NCBI RefSeq assembly: GCF_006345805.1
Contig: NC_042997.1
Span: forward strand, 153,574,001-153,638,000
Direction: 5' to 3'
DNA: 64,000 bases
Source: Octopus sinensis
Taxonomy: Eukaryota
Shown here: positions 25,400 through 38,199 of the stretch, piece by piece
Layout of the letters: each line of letters starts with the position of its first letter
Numbering within the stretch: the stretch's first letter is position 1
The notes under the pieces: model-generated
The model's database searches: none
Told to the model about the DNA's origin: nothing
Seen by the model: only the letters and a program-made list of their open reading frames with translations
Made by a program: the position numbers and the translations under genes

Positions 25400-26220
25400 G
25401 TTTTCCTTATATTTCAATATTTTGAGGTATTGACCTCATCCTCGAGACACGTGGAGAAATGAAGGCTGTAATAAGTCATTGTTCAGATATGTGGTGGAGA
25501 ATGGTAACGTGCAGACTGGAATTGTCGTAATAACCAGTCTGCTTCGTGTAGTTATTTTCTATTGTTTAAAGCTGGTCTCAGTTGGTTAATAAGGAGGGGC
25601 TCCATAATTCCTAGATTGCTTGTATTACGTTGAGTGAATACTGAGGATATTAGTGGATATTGTGAAACTCTGGGTCTGGCACTTCTATATATATGTTTGA
25701 AGACATCGCGTGTGTTCTTTGAAGCAAATGTACTGCTTTCTAGTGGCGCTCCTAATGTAGGATGCACCACATTTGCTGAAGACTACCTCATATACCACGC
25801 AGGTCTTCGAACATATTTTGAAGTTGTTGATGGGGCTATTAGTTTTCACTCTAGAGATGGACCATTTGTACGTGAAGTCCTTCCTTGCGGATTGCATGAT
25901 GTATAGCAGCAGTTCTGTCGTCGAAACGGTAGTTTTGGGAAACGCATAACAAACTTGAGATTATAGGCATCTTTATTAGGTTTACTGAATTCAGTGTCGT
26001 TTAAGCGCTGTTGTTTGGCGAAAGATCGAGGATAGCCGAACTTAACACTCACCAATTATAATAAAAGGACTTGCTCGCTCCATTCTTCTTGTTCATAATT
26101 GTTAAAACTCTGAGGATGATTGTGAATTTTCAGACGTGTGTTTGATTAGACAAATAATATCCGAATTACTATATGTCTGATAGCCTGTAACCACTGATGA
26201 GCCTAAAAGTGTACGCTCCA
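25400..26220 (-). mobile_element. Decayed Penelope-like element, RT thumb/GIY-YIG region
   Basis: Minus frames read KFGYPRSFAK...KLPFR and KTCVVYEVVFSKCGASYIRSATRKQYICFKEH, a degenerate VVYxxxCxxCxxxYIGxTxRxLxxRxxEH. Confidence 0.7.
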
Positions 26221-26249
26221 GGCTTATACTATTATATAAAAATAAGTGT

Positions 26250-26346
<97 letters not shown>

Positions 26347-27114
26347 GCAGGTGATAACAGTTGAATAAAGCTGATCCTGTAAATGCAATTTTTATATCAT
26401 CTGAATACTCTCCCGCCATTAGACCTCTTTAATCATCTTGTAAGCCATGCAATTAATCCAAAAACATACCTCTTTCAAGAATGATTGGTTTCTATTTTCT
26501 CCACTCTTTCCTCTTCGGTTAAATAAGCGCAAGTTTTCGTCAGGGAGTGAAACATCACTTTCAAATGAAATGGTAACTATGAATCAATTCTAGCTTAATA
26601 TTCTGCGTAAGATCCCAAAATCATTGAGGCGTGCCGTACAACAGAGTGACAGGTACTGCTTTAAATAGGCCCCAAATTAAGAAATGGTATCTGCTTCGGA
26701 CAGAGACGAAACTGTGACACTGAAAAATGTTTCGTTATCTCACGATTCAACTCTCATTGAAATTTCGAGCAAGGTCCACCACATTTCCATTACTACATTA
26801 GATCTACCTGAAAGGAAGATCATAAAAACAAGAACTTTTGATAAAACGACGTGCTAAAGTTATGTTCGATCAAAACCTACCACTACCGCCCGTGTTACTG
26901 TTCAGAGATACATCTCCACATCAATACTCCACCAAAAATCCTCGCTTTTGCTGTTATGATTCAATGAGAGATTAATGTTTTTGTATTTTTTTATTTTTTT
27001 AGGCGGGGTCATTTATTTAATTTGTTCGGTGTCATTTCCAGGCGTCTTCCTGATCCACGTTTTTTATGTATATAATCCTATGAAATATATAACATTATAA
27101 TTTTTACAAAGAAA

Positions 27115-27525
27115 GCGCAAGAGTTGCTGTTTGGTAAGTAGCTTGCTTGCCAACCTCATGGTTCCGGGTTCATTCCCACTGCGTGGCACATTGGGCAAGT
27201 GTCTTCTACTATAGCCTCGGGCCGACCAAAGCCTTGTGAGTGGATTTGGTAGATGGAAACTGAAAGAAGCCCGTCGTATGTATATTTATGTATATATATG
27301 TGTGTGTTTGTGTGTCTGTGTTTGTCCCCACCTCAACATCGCGTGACAACCGATGCTGGTGCGTTACGTCCCCGTAACTTAGCGGTTTGGCAAAAGAGAA
27401 CGATAGAATAAGTATTAGGCTTACAAAGAATATGTCCTGGGGTCAATTTGCTCGACTAAAGCGGTGCTCCAGCATGGCCGCAGTCAAATGACTGAAACGA
27501 GTAAAAGAGTAATCGAGTAAAGAAT
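27115..27525 (+). mobile_element. Full-length SINE family 1
   Basis: Head ggttccgggttcattcccactgcgtggcac, core gtaacttagcggtt, tail gcggtgctccagcatggccgcagtcaaatgactgaaacgagtaaaagagt. Confidence 0.92.
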
Positions 27526-28884
27526 CCAGTACAATATATAAGCATACTGAAAGATAGGCAAGCAAATAGATAGATGGGTGATTGTTTGTAAAAATAATGT
27601 TAGATTTTTGCTGGAGACGATAAAATATTATACATGTATAAATAGCATGACAAATGATTGTGTTAAAATTCTGATTAAACTTTGCTACTGAATCAAACGT
27701 AAGTTCCTCGATGTCGAGGTAAGAACAATTGTGCCGTATCCGCCATCCATATTCGACTTCTAGTAAATTATATTTCGTATCATTTACATAGCTAATGTTC
27801 TTTCGGAAAAATACCACTGTCATAAACCTTATTTTATTCTCCTGTACTTTGAAATGAATAAAATACACAGTAATAACAAAAAAATTTATAGTTTGATGTT
27901 TGCCTCATAGAATAAAGTAGTCGAACCAAGAAGAGAAATTCTACGTTAGTAATTGCTCAACTTAATAAACTTGATGTTCATATTCCCCTACAGCAAAGTG
28001 CTTAAATTCATCCATGCGTGTTTGAACACAAAAATGTTAAGGCAGCTGTATGAGAAATATATCGCAATCGAATGATTCGTTTGGCCATTTACCTCGGTGC
28101 CGTAACAGGACTAGTCAGTTGATCAAGTTTCATCTTTTTTAAATCAAGTAAAAACTCATTTCCAAAATATCAGCTTAGTTTTTATTCTCCTCACACATAC
28201 ACACACACACACACATACACACACTCACATACACACAATATCTCGAACTCCTACAAGCCTCACTATCATGTACACACAGTTGTCATCCAGCATAGCTCTC
28301 ACCATAGCAAAGATAACGGTTACTCCTTTTCCTACTCCTTCTCGTATTGAAATGATCGTGAAAAAATCTGATTCTACAAATTATTGCATTGTGAATGTGA
28401 CATGCTTTTGTATTTCAATTTTTTTGTTAAAATTTAATTATGAGTCTTTCCTTGCTTACTGTTGTTTTTATTAAATGTCAGCTTCATAAAAAGTTTGTTC
28501 CAAAATTTTGACATTTAAAAATAACAAAAATCATAGCAAATAGATTCTACATTCAGAAAAAGTTAGTTGTCAAGAAACAAATTTAATTATTTTTAAGCCA
28601 GTGATTAAATGTAGCTATACAAATTACGGAGACAGTGATTTGACAGATTCGTTAAAGCGTTGGAGAGAATTAATTCCTTATGATGTAAGTTCGGCTTTCT
28701 ACGCTATGAATTCAAATACACCGAGGTCAATTTTGCCTTCACTCTTTTCGTGATCACCTGCTGTAATGGCTCAAGTTGGCAGCCTTTCTCTTTGATAAAC
28801 ATTGATATCATGGAGAGCGGGGACTTGTAAGCGTGGACAACTACCAGTCTTCCACAAAATACCTTGCCCAAGCCACTACATGCA

Positions 28885-29106
28885 TAAGATACATGGTTAC
28901 ACAGCTACATGGTTACACATATACATGGTTACATATATATATATATATATAATATATATATATACACATACATATATATACATGTATATATATATATTAT
29001 ATACACACACATACATATATATCATGTATATATATATATATATATATATACACATACATATATATACATGTATATATATATATATTATATATACACATAC
29101 ATATAT

Positions 29107-29145
<39 letters not shown>

Positions 29146-29434
29146 CATATATATACATGTATATATATATATAATATATATATACACATACATATATATA
29201 CATGTATATATATATTATATATATATACACATACATATATATACATGTATATATATATATATTATATATATATATATACACATACATATATATACATGTA
29301 TATATATATATTATATATATATATTACACATACAATATATACATGTATATATATATTATATATATATATACACATACATATATATGCATGTATATATATA
29401 TATTATATATATATATATATACACATACATATAT

Positions 29435-29492
<58 letters not shown>

Positions 29493-29500
29493 TATTATAT
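28885..29500. repeat. Microsatellite-derived minisatellite, ~40-nt unit acacatacatatatatacatgtatatatatat(att)
   Basis: About 12 units with a fixed catgta anchor. Three tacatggttac units precede the array at about 28885-28935. Confidence 0.9.
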
Positions 29501-31385
29501 ACGTAAATGTCGAACTACTGGAATGGAATGCTCAACACCGCTTTGTTTGATGTAATTTTCTTTATTTGTGAATTAAGGCTACCATTGGTTTCATGTTAAG
29601 AAAAGTAGGAAAATATCTTAGTGTCCAAATTTTTCAAGCCGATCACATGGAGAAAGGTGTTTGCATTTTGGAAAACACAGCCTCGTTTTATTCGCGGAGA
29701 TTCTCGTTAATTCTTGTGAATAAGAGACGCTACTCTTGGGTAGCATCTTTTGAATGTTTGTTTCCCTTTTGAATGTTTGTCTTTGGGCAAACTTTTGTGA
29801 GGTCAACTTGTTTGCATTATTTTGTTTTTGCTCTGGGTGTGATGTTCTTATACTTGTTTGCTGCGGTAGTTCATTATTGGGACATGTTTCTTTTATGTGC
29901 GGAGTCTGTGTACTATGTATGTATTGTTTGTGTATGCAGGGAGGGGTGGTTTCATCCCAAACGTTTAGGATGTTATCTGTTGATTGCATTACTGAAAAAT
30001 TAAACATCATACAGAGTTCACATTTGGTACCCCGTCCTCTGTATTTTTCGGCTTTAGCAATAATTTTCCATTGTATTTGGAAGTTACTTATTCGATCTTC
30101 TTTCAATGTCCATATCCTATTTGACAGAGACGTTGCATGTTTTTTTTTGTCTCTGAATTACGCCAGGTGTTGTGTATACCATTTCTTGAACGTATTGCCC
30201 GTCATTCCGATATACGTTTTCGCTAACCCATTGAATTCCGTGCTCTGGGCCTTGTATACGAGTTCTTTCTCCAGGCAGTTGTCGATTAAAGGGCAGCAGT
30301 TTGGGGATCTACAGTTGCATAATCTTTCGGGGTATTTCTGGTGCGTGTATATTTTTTGTAATTGAATATTATAGACACTATATTGGGGAGGCAACCATAG
30401 CTAACTTTAACAGTATTTCTGTTGAAGATCTTGTGATATTTGTGTGATTTGCTAAGTTAATAGCTACATTCATGCTCTAAAGTCGGTTGAACCATAAAGT
30501 TTTCCTCTGTCTGCATCTTTTTGGTCTATTTATATTTGGTTCAATGTAGTATATGCTATTATTAAAGTTGAACCTATCTAATGCAGAAATATAGTATGGG
30601 GCGGCCTTTTCAAAAGTGTTTTTGTCAGCGAGTACATTAGAGACGTGCCTGCTACTGTTGCCAACCATTTGTTTAATTACTGCTGGTGGGTGGTTGTAAC
30701 CTATGTTTATGTACGTAGCTTTGTCGTTTGGTTTGTGGTAAGGTTTAATTTTTCGTGTTAAGATTCATACTAACAACTAGGAAGTTGACTTCTTTATGGT
30801 GGGTACTAATTGTAGTTCTTAGGCCTAATTGGCCAAATATTTTGCATATCTTCCTTATTCTATCCATCTATTGTCTGTTTTATTGTATATTACTCCCAGG
30901 CCACCGTCTCTATATAAATCTATGTTAGCTTCTTTTATATTTTAAAGCATATCTAGCTTATAAAGGCCTTCAAGATCAACTACCTCTGTACCGTCATATT
31001 ACCCCATTGCTATGTCAAAGGAATTATCATGAAAGAGTAATGACTTCACTGCGTTCATAATTATATTTATATCAGTATTTGTTATAGTGACATATGTTTA
31101 CTAAACTCAAGTATCTTCTGGAGCAAGCTTTTGGAGATCGAGGAGTAGAACTCTACGATATCGAATAGTTGCACTACTGCATGTAGATTGCGTACGATTT
31201 GAGTGTGCTCTGATATGTTGTATAATGTTATCTAATGTGTATTTACTAATAATTCCTATTTCACTTTTTGTGGGATTTATCAATCTACAGCTAGGATTTT
31301 TAATGAAGTTTATAAAGGGATTTCGTGGGATAAGCATTTCTACTTTGTCTCCTATTTTAAATTTTGTGGCTAACTTTTTTTGCTT
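29500..31385 (-). mobile_element. Decayed Naiad-type Penelope-like element (RT plus GIY-YIG)
   Basis: Motifs in order: PSCRLINPTKSEIGIISK; FDIAMG*YDGTEVVDL; LYRDGGLG (YRDDG variant); KPYHKPN...NHPPAVIKQ; RKTLWFN; CNCRSPNCCPLIDNCLEKELVYKA...YIGMTGNTFK; IQWKII...KCELC. Confidence 0.85.
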
Positions 31386-31428
31386 CTACTTTAATATATG
31401 TATATACATACATGCTGTATTATTTAGC

Positions 31429-32000
31429 ATTCGCGTCGGAAGCTTCAAAACGGAAGGATGGTGAACACACAGACCAACCGTTGGCTTGCTGTGTCCCCAA
31501 ACGTACTGAGAGTGACAAAAATCAAGCATCCTGTCAACATCATGGAGTTTGGAGTGATCTCTAGTGATGGTGAGGTTCTGGATCCATTCATCTTCCCACG
31601 AGGCCTCAGATTCAACATGTATGTCTACATCAGGTGTCTGGAGGAGATAGTGCTGCTCTGGGTTAAGAGGGTGGCTGCTAGAAGACCCTATGTCTAGCAA
31701 CATGATTCTGCACCATGCCACACAAGCAGGAGTACCCAGTGATGGTTATCAGACAATTTCTGCGACCACATCACCATTAACATCTGGCCACCTAACTCCC
31801 CCATTTGCAACAACCGTGATTATTATGTGTGGGGTGCAGTTGAGTGGGAGACCAACAAAATTTCTTCTAACACCATTCATGAACTGAAGGCAAGAATTAT
31901 GGTAGCATTCATCAACTTAAACAAGGAGACCTTCCAGAAGAGTTTCAGGAGATTCTGAAAGTCGTCTGAAACCCGTACTTGAAGCAAATGGCGATTAGTA
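31429..32000 (+). mobile_element. Decayed DD37D (maT-type) Tc1/mariner transposase
   Basis: Reads KHPVNIMEFGVISSDG...YV*QHDSAPCH...WPPNSPICNNRDYYVWG, with 37 residues between the last two catalytic Asp positions. Confidence 0.85.
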
Positions 32001-32539
32001 TTTTTCATATATCAAATAGACTGCATCCCATCTAACGGTTGTTTCTGCTTCCAATGTTATATGATATTGCCATTGATATACAAAAAAATAATATTCATAT
32101 TTGGTAACAAAACCGATCTGGAATATGGAGGTTCATCAGAGCGAAGAAAAATAATACCACTATATATATATATATATATATACACCACTCTATATATCTA
32201 TATACCACTATATATATGTACACATACCACTATAATTATATATACCACTATGTATATATATATATATATATATATATACTATTATATTACAAGAAATGAG
32301 GTACTCAGAAATCTGAATGGTTTTATATTTACAGATATTTATTAGTATGTTACATGTTTTTATAAACCATATATCATATATTGCCGCTTTCGTCCACTCT
32401 TGTGGAGTTTTCAAATTGAACTTTTGCTGGAATTTTGACTCTTTTTATAGTATTATTGAGTGTGTAGGGGTGGAAAGAGATATAAGATTGTACAAGAGGG
32501 TGAGGAATGGGGAGAAAGTGAGAGAGAGCGTGCGTGGTG

Positions 32540-32942
32540 TGTGTGTTTGTATCTGAAAAAAGTGTTAAAGAAAAAGAGAAGGAAAAGAAGGAGAGAAAGA
32601 AGAAAAAAAATTTATATCTTTGCAGCTGATCAGTCTTTCAATAGTAAGTGATTCTTGGCTTTTAGCAGTGGCAAACCCAGCCGGTCACTGCAGGAGGGGG
32701 GGGGGCAAAATGTCACTTTTCAAAAATTGTCTGGATTTCCTTTTTATCATTGTCTTGTGAGTGAGTGTGTGTGCGTGTGTATATGCGTGTGTGTGTGTGC
32801 GTGTGTGTGTGTGTGTGTGTGTTTATATCTGAAAAAAGTGTTAAAGAAAAAGAGAAGGAAAAGAAGGAGAGAAAGAAGAAAAAATATGTTGATATTTTTG
32901 CAGCTGGTCAGTCTTTCAATAGTAAATGATTCTTGACTTTTA
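32540..32942. repeat. Local direct duplication of ~125 bp (about 32540-32665 and 32818-32942)
   Basis: atctgaaaaaagtgttaaagaaaaagagaagg...gcagctg(a/g)tcagtctttcaatagta occurs twice. Confidence 0.9.
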
Positions 32943-33559
32943 TATATGTATATACCACTATATTATATATATATATATATATGATAGAAGATAGGATAAA
33001 ACGTTATGGCTATTTATCAAGCGGCTGAAAACGAAAGTCTTCCATAGGAGTAGCAGGGCCTCCCTTTTCCTGAGTCTGAATGTCCTCAGAACCCAGTCAG
33101 CCAATCACCGTCATAGTGTTGCCATCTTGATAATATGCATATGGAATGATGCATCATTGCTCATGTGAACCCCTTGGTTATGCACCGACTCAGACTATGG
33201 GATCGTATTACCTTCTGACCCAGTGTATTCCGATTTTAGCCTGGTATTGGACTGATCTGATAGTGGAGTGCCTGAAATTTTATAGCATTGAAATGCATGT
33301 TATTTTTGTTAGCCCTTTTGTAAATATATTTGTAAATAAGAGCAAAGTGATGGAGAGAAATGAAAGTATAAGTTACATGAGATATATATATTCCAACCTG
33401 GTTTGTTTTTGTTTTGTAAGCTCCTGGAAGAAAAGTGAATTATTCGAAGAATTATTTTTACTGTTATAGAAGAGCTGATGGGGTGAATAGCAAATAACAT
33501 ATTCGGATATACAAACTTTATCTTTATGAAAGATCAAGAGCATACTAAAATAACTGTTG

Positions 33560-34210
33560 TTGAATCTAGTTGTGAAAAACTAAAACTGGTGCGGCTAACG
33601 GTCATTTGAAAATATAAGTGACAGATGCTTAAGGAACATTCTTTCTATGTAAACATAAGTAATATTAACAACTATTCTTCTATTTTTATTTCTTTATCTT
33701 AGATTTAATTCACACAAATGGATATAAGTTTTTACACTAAAAAAAGTTTTTCCATTATAAAGAGCTATTAAAGTATTCTCTAATAACTCCGTTTCTTTTC
33801 ATTTGTATTCAAGTAGCCTAATAAAAATTATACTAACTAGTTTTATTTTTTATTCTCGCACAAAATTTTCCTTTTTAAAAAAATAACTTTTTCAATATAC
33901 ACCATACCTCATATTACTTATATATTACTTATAACTGTCAAGTCATATCCTAATTCAAATATAACTATGCTGTCCTATTGGACACCTCTATTTTACTTCC
34001 TATGATAAATGCTTTATTTGGAGTGTATATTATTTAACTACTTATTTTTATATTATTTACACAAAAACATAGTCAATCTACTAAATACTGATAATTATAA
34101 CTTTTTTCAATATTATTATAGAGATAATGTTTCTTAAACAACTTTCACTTATATTTTCAAATAACCGTAAGCCGCATCAGATTTAGTTTTTTCCAAAACC
34201 AGACTCAACA
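33560..34210. mobile_element. MITE-like element with ~85-bp imperfect TIRs
   Basis: aaaaactaaaactggtgcggctaacggtcatttgaaaatataagtgacagatgcttaaggaacatt (about 33575-33642) is inverted at about 34126-34192. Confidence 0.8.
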
Positions 34211-34249
34211 CTTTTTTGAAATAGAACTCAACCTTTTCACACACACGTA

Positions 34250-34334
<85 letters not shown>

Positions 34335-35140
34335 CAGACAAATTGAGATAACAACGCCAAAGCTGTGAGGAGTTTTCAGGACATTTATAATGGAAAATAT
34401 ATTGATACAGTCCTACAGCTGTTTGTGGGATATTATGGATATCCCTTCATCAGAGACGATGTGAAGTGGTTAAACAGAGGTATATATTTGAGTTCAAAAT
34501 AAGGAATTATTATGGAAAAGGAGGATGTAAGGATAGATGGATAAAAGAGGATAAAAGTAGAAACAAAAATATAAAATATATAAAAATATTGTAGTTGCAG
34601 TTTCATTATTCGAGGAAAGTGGTGTATAGAAGTGGTAAAAAAAAATTTCCTGTACGTGGTATGTAAATTCCAATAGCAGTTCATGTTTGGTCATCTCAAA
34701 GTATGGAGCCGTGAATTCTGTGTTGCTCATTCGAATAAGTCTTGTGGTGCAAATGAAAATTTGAGAATATATTGGTACATATTTGTGGATAGATGTGTGG
34801 GGTGAAAAGATGTGTTTGTTTAGAATGAGGAGAAAGGTCAAAATAAAAACAGGAAGAGAAAATGAGAGGAAGAAAAGAGAAAAAAAGAGAAAAGTGAAAA
34901 AGTGAAGTAAGAGTGAGAGAAAGGAGCGGTAGTTGATAGTCAAGATAATGTGATGGGATTTTGGAAGAGGAGTGGGGGATGGATAGGAAGAGATAAGAAG
35001 GTAAGGTGTGAATAAGTATGAGGTGCGTGAGTAGGGGTGAAATGATAGAGCTGATTCGTGGGATGGGTAGAAATAGGTATTGGTGGGGTGTTACCAAATT
35101 GAGTAGTAATTATCGTAGTAAATTTCAAAGTGGAGGAAAG
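34335..35140 (-). mobile_element. PLE-type terminal segment with pyrimidine-rich body and a mutated hammerhead (34410-34457)
   Basis: Minus strand: GTCT, CTGATGA, aggg-atatccataatat-ccca, CAAA (G12 to C), ACAGCTGT palindromic stem III, A, GGAC. Confidence 0.6.
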
Positions 35141-35166
35141 AATACAAAGATATCAAATATCTGTAA

Positions 35167-35202
<36 letters not shown>

Positions 35203-35829
35203 ACTATATGTATTTACATATATATATATGCATCATATGTTGATATTTATAATATATATGTACATATACTATGTTATTAGATATATGTATATATATATAT
35301 ACATCTATATATATACATTTATATATATATATATGTATATATATACAATACGTTATTCTATAGATATGTATTATATATATACACTATATAAATATATGTA
35401 CCATATACATATATACTATATAGGTATATACTATATATATACGATATATATAGTATATATATATATACGATATATACATATCATACATATACGATATGTA
35501 TATATATATATATATTATATTAAATTAGAGATAAAACCACTATTAGGCAAATCATACAATGAAAAACTTAAGCCAATACATAAGATTAATTTATATTATT
35601 TAAATATATATCAAAATTATTAAAAAAGATAATTAATATAACACTACGATCGTTTCATGGCTGTTCAATTCTTAAAATTTTCGAGTTGCAGTCATTCTAC
35701 AGGTGGTTTAAATATTTAACTTGGCGAGGTGTATATATAATATATATGCGATACAGTATATATATATACAATATATATATATGCTATCTATATACTATCT
35801 ATATACTATATACATATAATGCATATACA

Positions 35830-35917
<88 letters not shown>

Positions 35918-35942
35918 CATAAAATATATATAACATATATAT

Positions 35943-36105
35943 ACTACTTTGCAAAGGCCTTTGATAAAGTCGATCATGGAATGATATGTCACAAACTGCG
36001 TGATCTTGGCATAGTTGGAAAATTGGAAGAATGGCTTCATGACTTGCTGAAGGATAGAAGCCAGGTGGTAGTAGCCAATGGGACCACTTCCATTAACACG
36101 CAAAT
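35943..36105 (+). mobile_element. Short internal CR1-type RT fragment
   Basis: YFAKAFDKVDHGMICHKLRDLGIVGKLEEWLHDLLKDRSQVVVANG; same family as 39540-39720 and 40880-41070. Confidence 0.9.
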
Positions 36106-36118
36106 AGTCTGCGTGTGT

Positions 36119-36785
36119 CTAGCTATATGACACACGAACCTGCGTCCATTACAACCTTCGAACAGGGGAGGTCAGCCGCTTCACCTTGCTAGTCAGACAT
36201 CTGCAGACATGTTTCAGGGTTGTTGCCCTTTATCAATGCAGCGTAGTCAGAACCAGCAGGTGTCGCTACTGACCGTCTGTTCGAAGATTTTATTTACCTA
36301 GTTACAGTGGAATACATCCACTTGTTTTCAATAATAGAAATATTAAAATTACTAAGTCTCTCTAAAGGAGATTACGGCAGCGTTACTGGATATTAATAGT
36401 TATCGCCATACTAATATGGCAGTCTATAAATAAGACTAAAGCTGTCGTTGATTAGCTCCAAGAGGCCATCGCCTCTAGCTAGCTATATGACACACGAACC
36501 TGCGTCCATTACAACCTACGCTGCATTGATAAAGGGCAACAACCCTGAAACATGTCTGCAGATGTCTGACTAGCAAGGTGAAGCGGCTGACCTCCCCTGT
36601 TCGAAGGTTGTAATGGACGCAGGTTCGTGTGTCATATAGCTAGCTAGAGGCGATGGCCTCTTGAAGCTAATCAGCGACAGCTTTAGTCTTATTTATAGAC
36701 TGCCATATTAATATGGCGGTAACTATCAATATCCAGTAACGCTGCCATAATCTCCTTTAGAGAGACTTAGTAATTTTAATATTTC

Positions 36786-36788
<3 letters not shown>
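36119..36788. mobile_element. Retrozyme/pLTR-like element: 360-nt unit plus inverted partial copy
   Basis: Segment ctagctatatgacacacgaacc... recurs at 36119 and 36479 (period 360). 36517-36645 is the reverse complement of 36119-36246, and 36642-36788 is the reverse complement of about 36330-36480. Confidence 0.9.
36521..36561 (+). ncRNA. Minimal type I hammerhead, U3-A8 core (mirror copy on - strand at 36201-36241)
   Basis: CTGCA, TTGATAA, AGGG-caacaa-CCCT, GAA, ACATGT (palindromic stem III), C (GUC site), TGCAG. Confidence 0.85.
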
Positions 36789-36844
<56 letters not shown>

Positions 36845-36867
36845 GCGTGTGTATATATATGTATACA

Positions 36868-37060
36868 CTACCGGTTTCGTTGAGGAAAGACGCTCTTTTT
36901 TGTTCTCGTGAAGCAACCAAGAGGGATTTCCTAAATCGACGGAAAATTCAGCTAAAACTGACAAAAACGTAGTACTTGTTATTTCATAACGGTCTACTAT
37001 AATATATCGTTTAAAAACGCGTAATATATTACACTAAAATTTTAATATAGCACATTAAAA
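36868..37060 (+). repeat. ~190-bp dispersed repeat, second direct copy at about 42911-43100
   Basis: cctaaatcgacg...aaaactgacaaaaacgtagt...aatatattacactaaaattttaatatag is shared. Both copies follow a (TA)n tract. Confidence 0.85.
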
Positions 37061-37559
37061 TCAGTAACGCCAGCTAGAGTGATCGCCGAAAAAAATCACT
37101 TTCGGATAAATTGTACTTCCATTTGCTGCCGCATGTAAGAAGAAAAAAGTATTGTTTTTGAAAGAAAACTTCGCACAAGATGAAGGATTGGAATTTTACC
37201 TCTTGCGAATAGGCATTTTATTTATTTTATTTTTATTTTATCTAGTTTTAGCTTACGAGCTGTGGCCATGCTGGGGCACCGCCATTTTGTATATATGTAT
37301 CCTTTTCATTTTTTTTATTTTCATTTATCTTTGGTATTACCGGATGAAAATTTGAGTTAAGACATATTGTTTGTCTACTTTCTAAGAATTTACGGTGAAA
37401 TATAATCTGAACTTTTCTTACAGCGACCTCTTCGTTTTCATTCTATTTGAAAAATAGAAATCATTACGAAACCCCTTTCTTTTCACTATCGTTACTTTTC
37501 TTCACTTTGTCTCTTTAGAATTAATTAGAATTATAAATCCTAATTAGAATTAGAATTTT

Positions 37560-38195
37560 TTTTCGTTTTCATACACGTCTTCGTTACCTTCTCCCACTCT
37601 CTTTCATACCTACCTCTTTCTCCTCCTTCCCTCACATATATTCCTCCCTTTCCCGCTCCTCTCTCCATCCCTTTATATCTCTTTGCACCTACCTCTTTCC
37701 CTCTCTCTGCCATATCTTACACTTTTCTCATCTCTCCCCCTCCCTTTCATATCTTCCTCTTTTCTTACTTCTCTTTCCCTTCTTTTATCTCTCTCAACAT
37801 CTACCTCTCCTCCTGTAACCTCACCTTCTCTCTCAGAAACTTCTCATTTTCCCTCTTCTCACTCCGTTTCCCCTTTTCCTCACATCCTTCATCATTTCCT
37901 GTTTCTCCCTCACTCTGTCTCCCTTTCACTTCACCTCCTCTCCTTAACTCTGTCTCTCTTTCTCTTCCCCTTCTCTCTCTCACTCTATCTCTCTCCCCCT
38001 CCTCTACCTCCTTCTGTCTCGCTAACACCCCACACCCACTCTCTCTTTCCTTCATATCACCCTCTCTGTTTCCTTCATATCACCTCTCTTTTTCCTTCAT
38101 ATCTCCCTCTCTTTTTCCCTATTCCCCCTCTGTGTTTCTTCTTTTCTACCTCCCTATATCTCTCACTTCCTCTCTATTCTCTACTCCCTCTCTGG
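37560..38195. repeat. ~630-bp non-periodic polypyrimidine (C/T) tract
   Basis: Directly visible. It produces the low-complexity L/S/P/F ORF 37683-38201. Confidence 0.9.
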
Positions 38196-38199
38196 GCTT

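Noticed and set aside
35018-35623. 201-aa ORF, and 172-aa ORF at 37683-38201
   Set aside because: Low-complexity purine/TA or pyrimidine tracts with no domain motifs.
35641-35695. Minus-strand GAAACGATCGTA palindrome as a hammerhead stem III; similar partial motifs near 5690, 25430, 29575 and 32110
   Set aside because: No convincing CUGANGA-type core with a paired stem II and stem I together.
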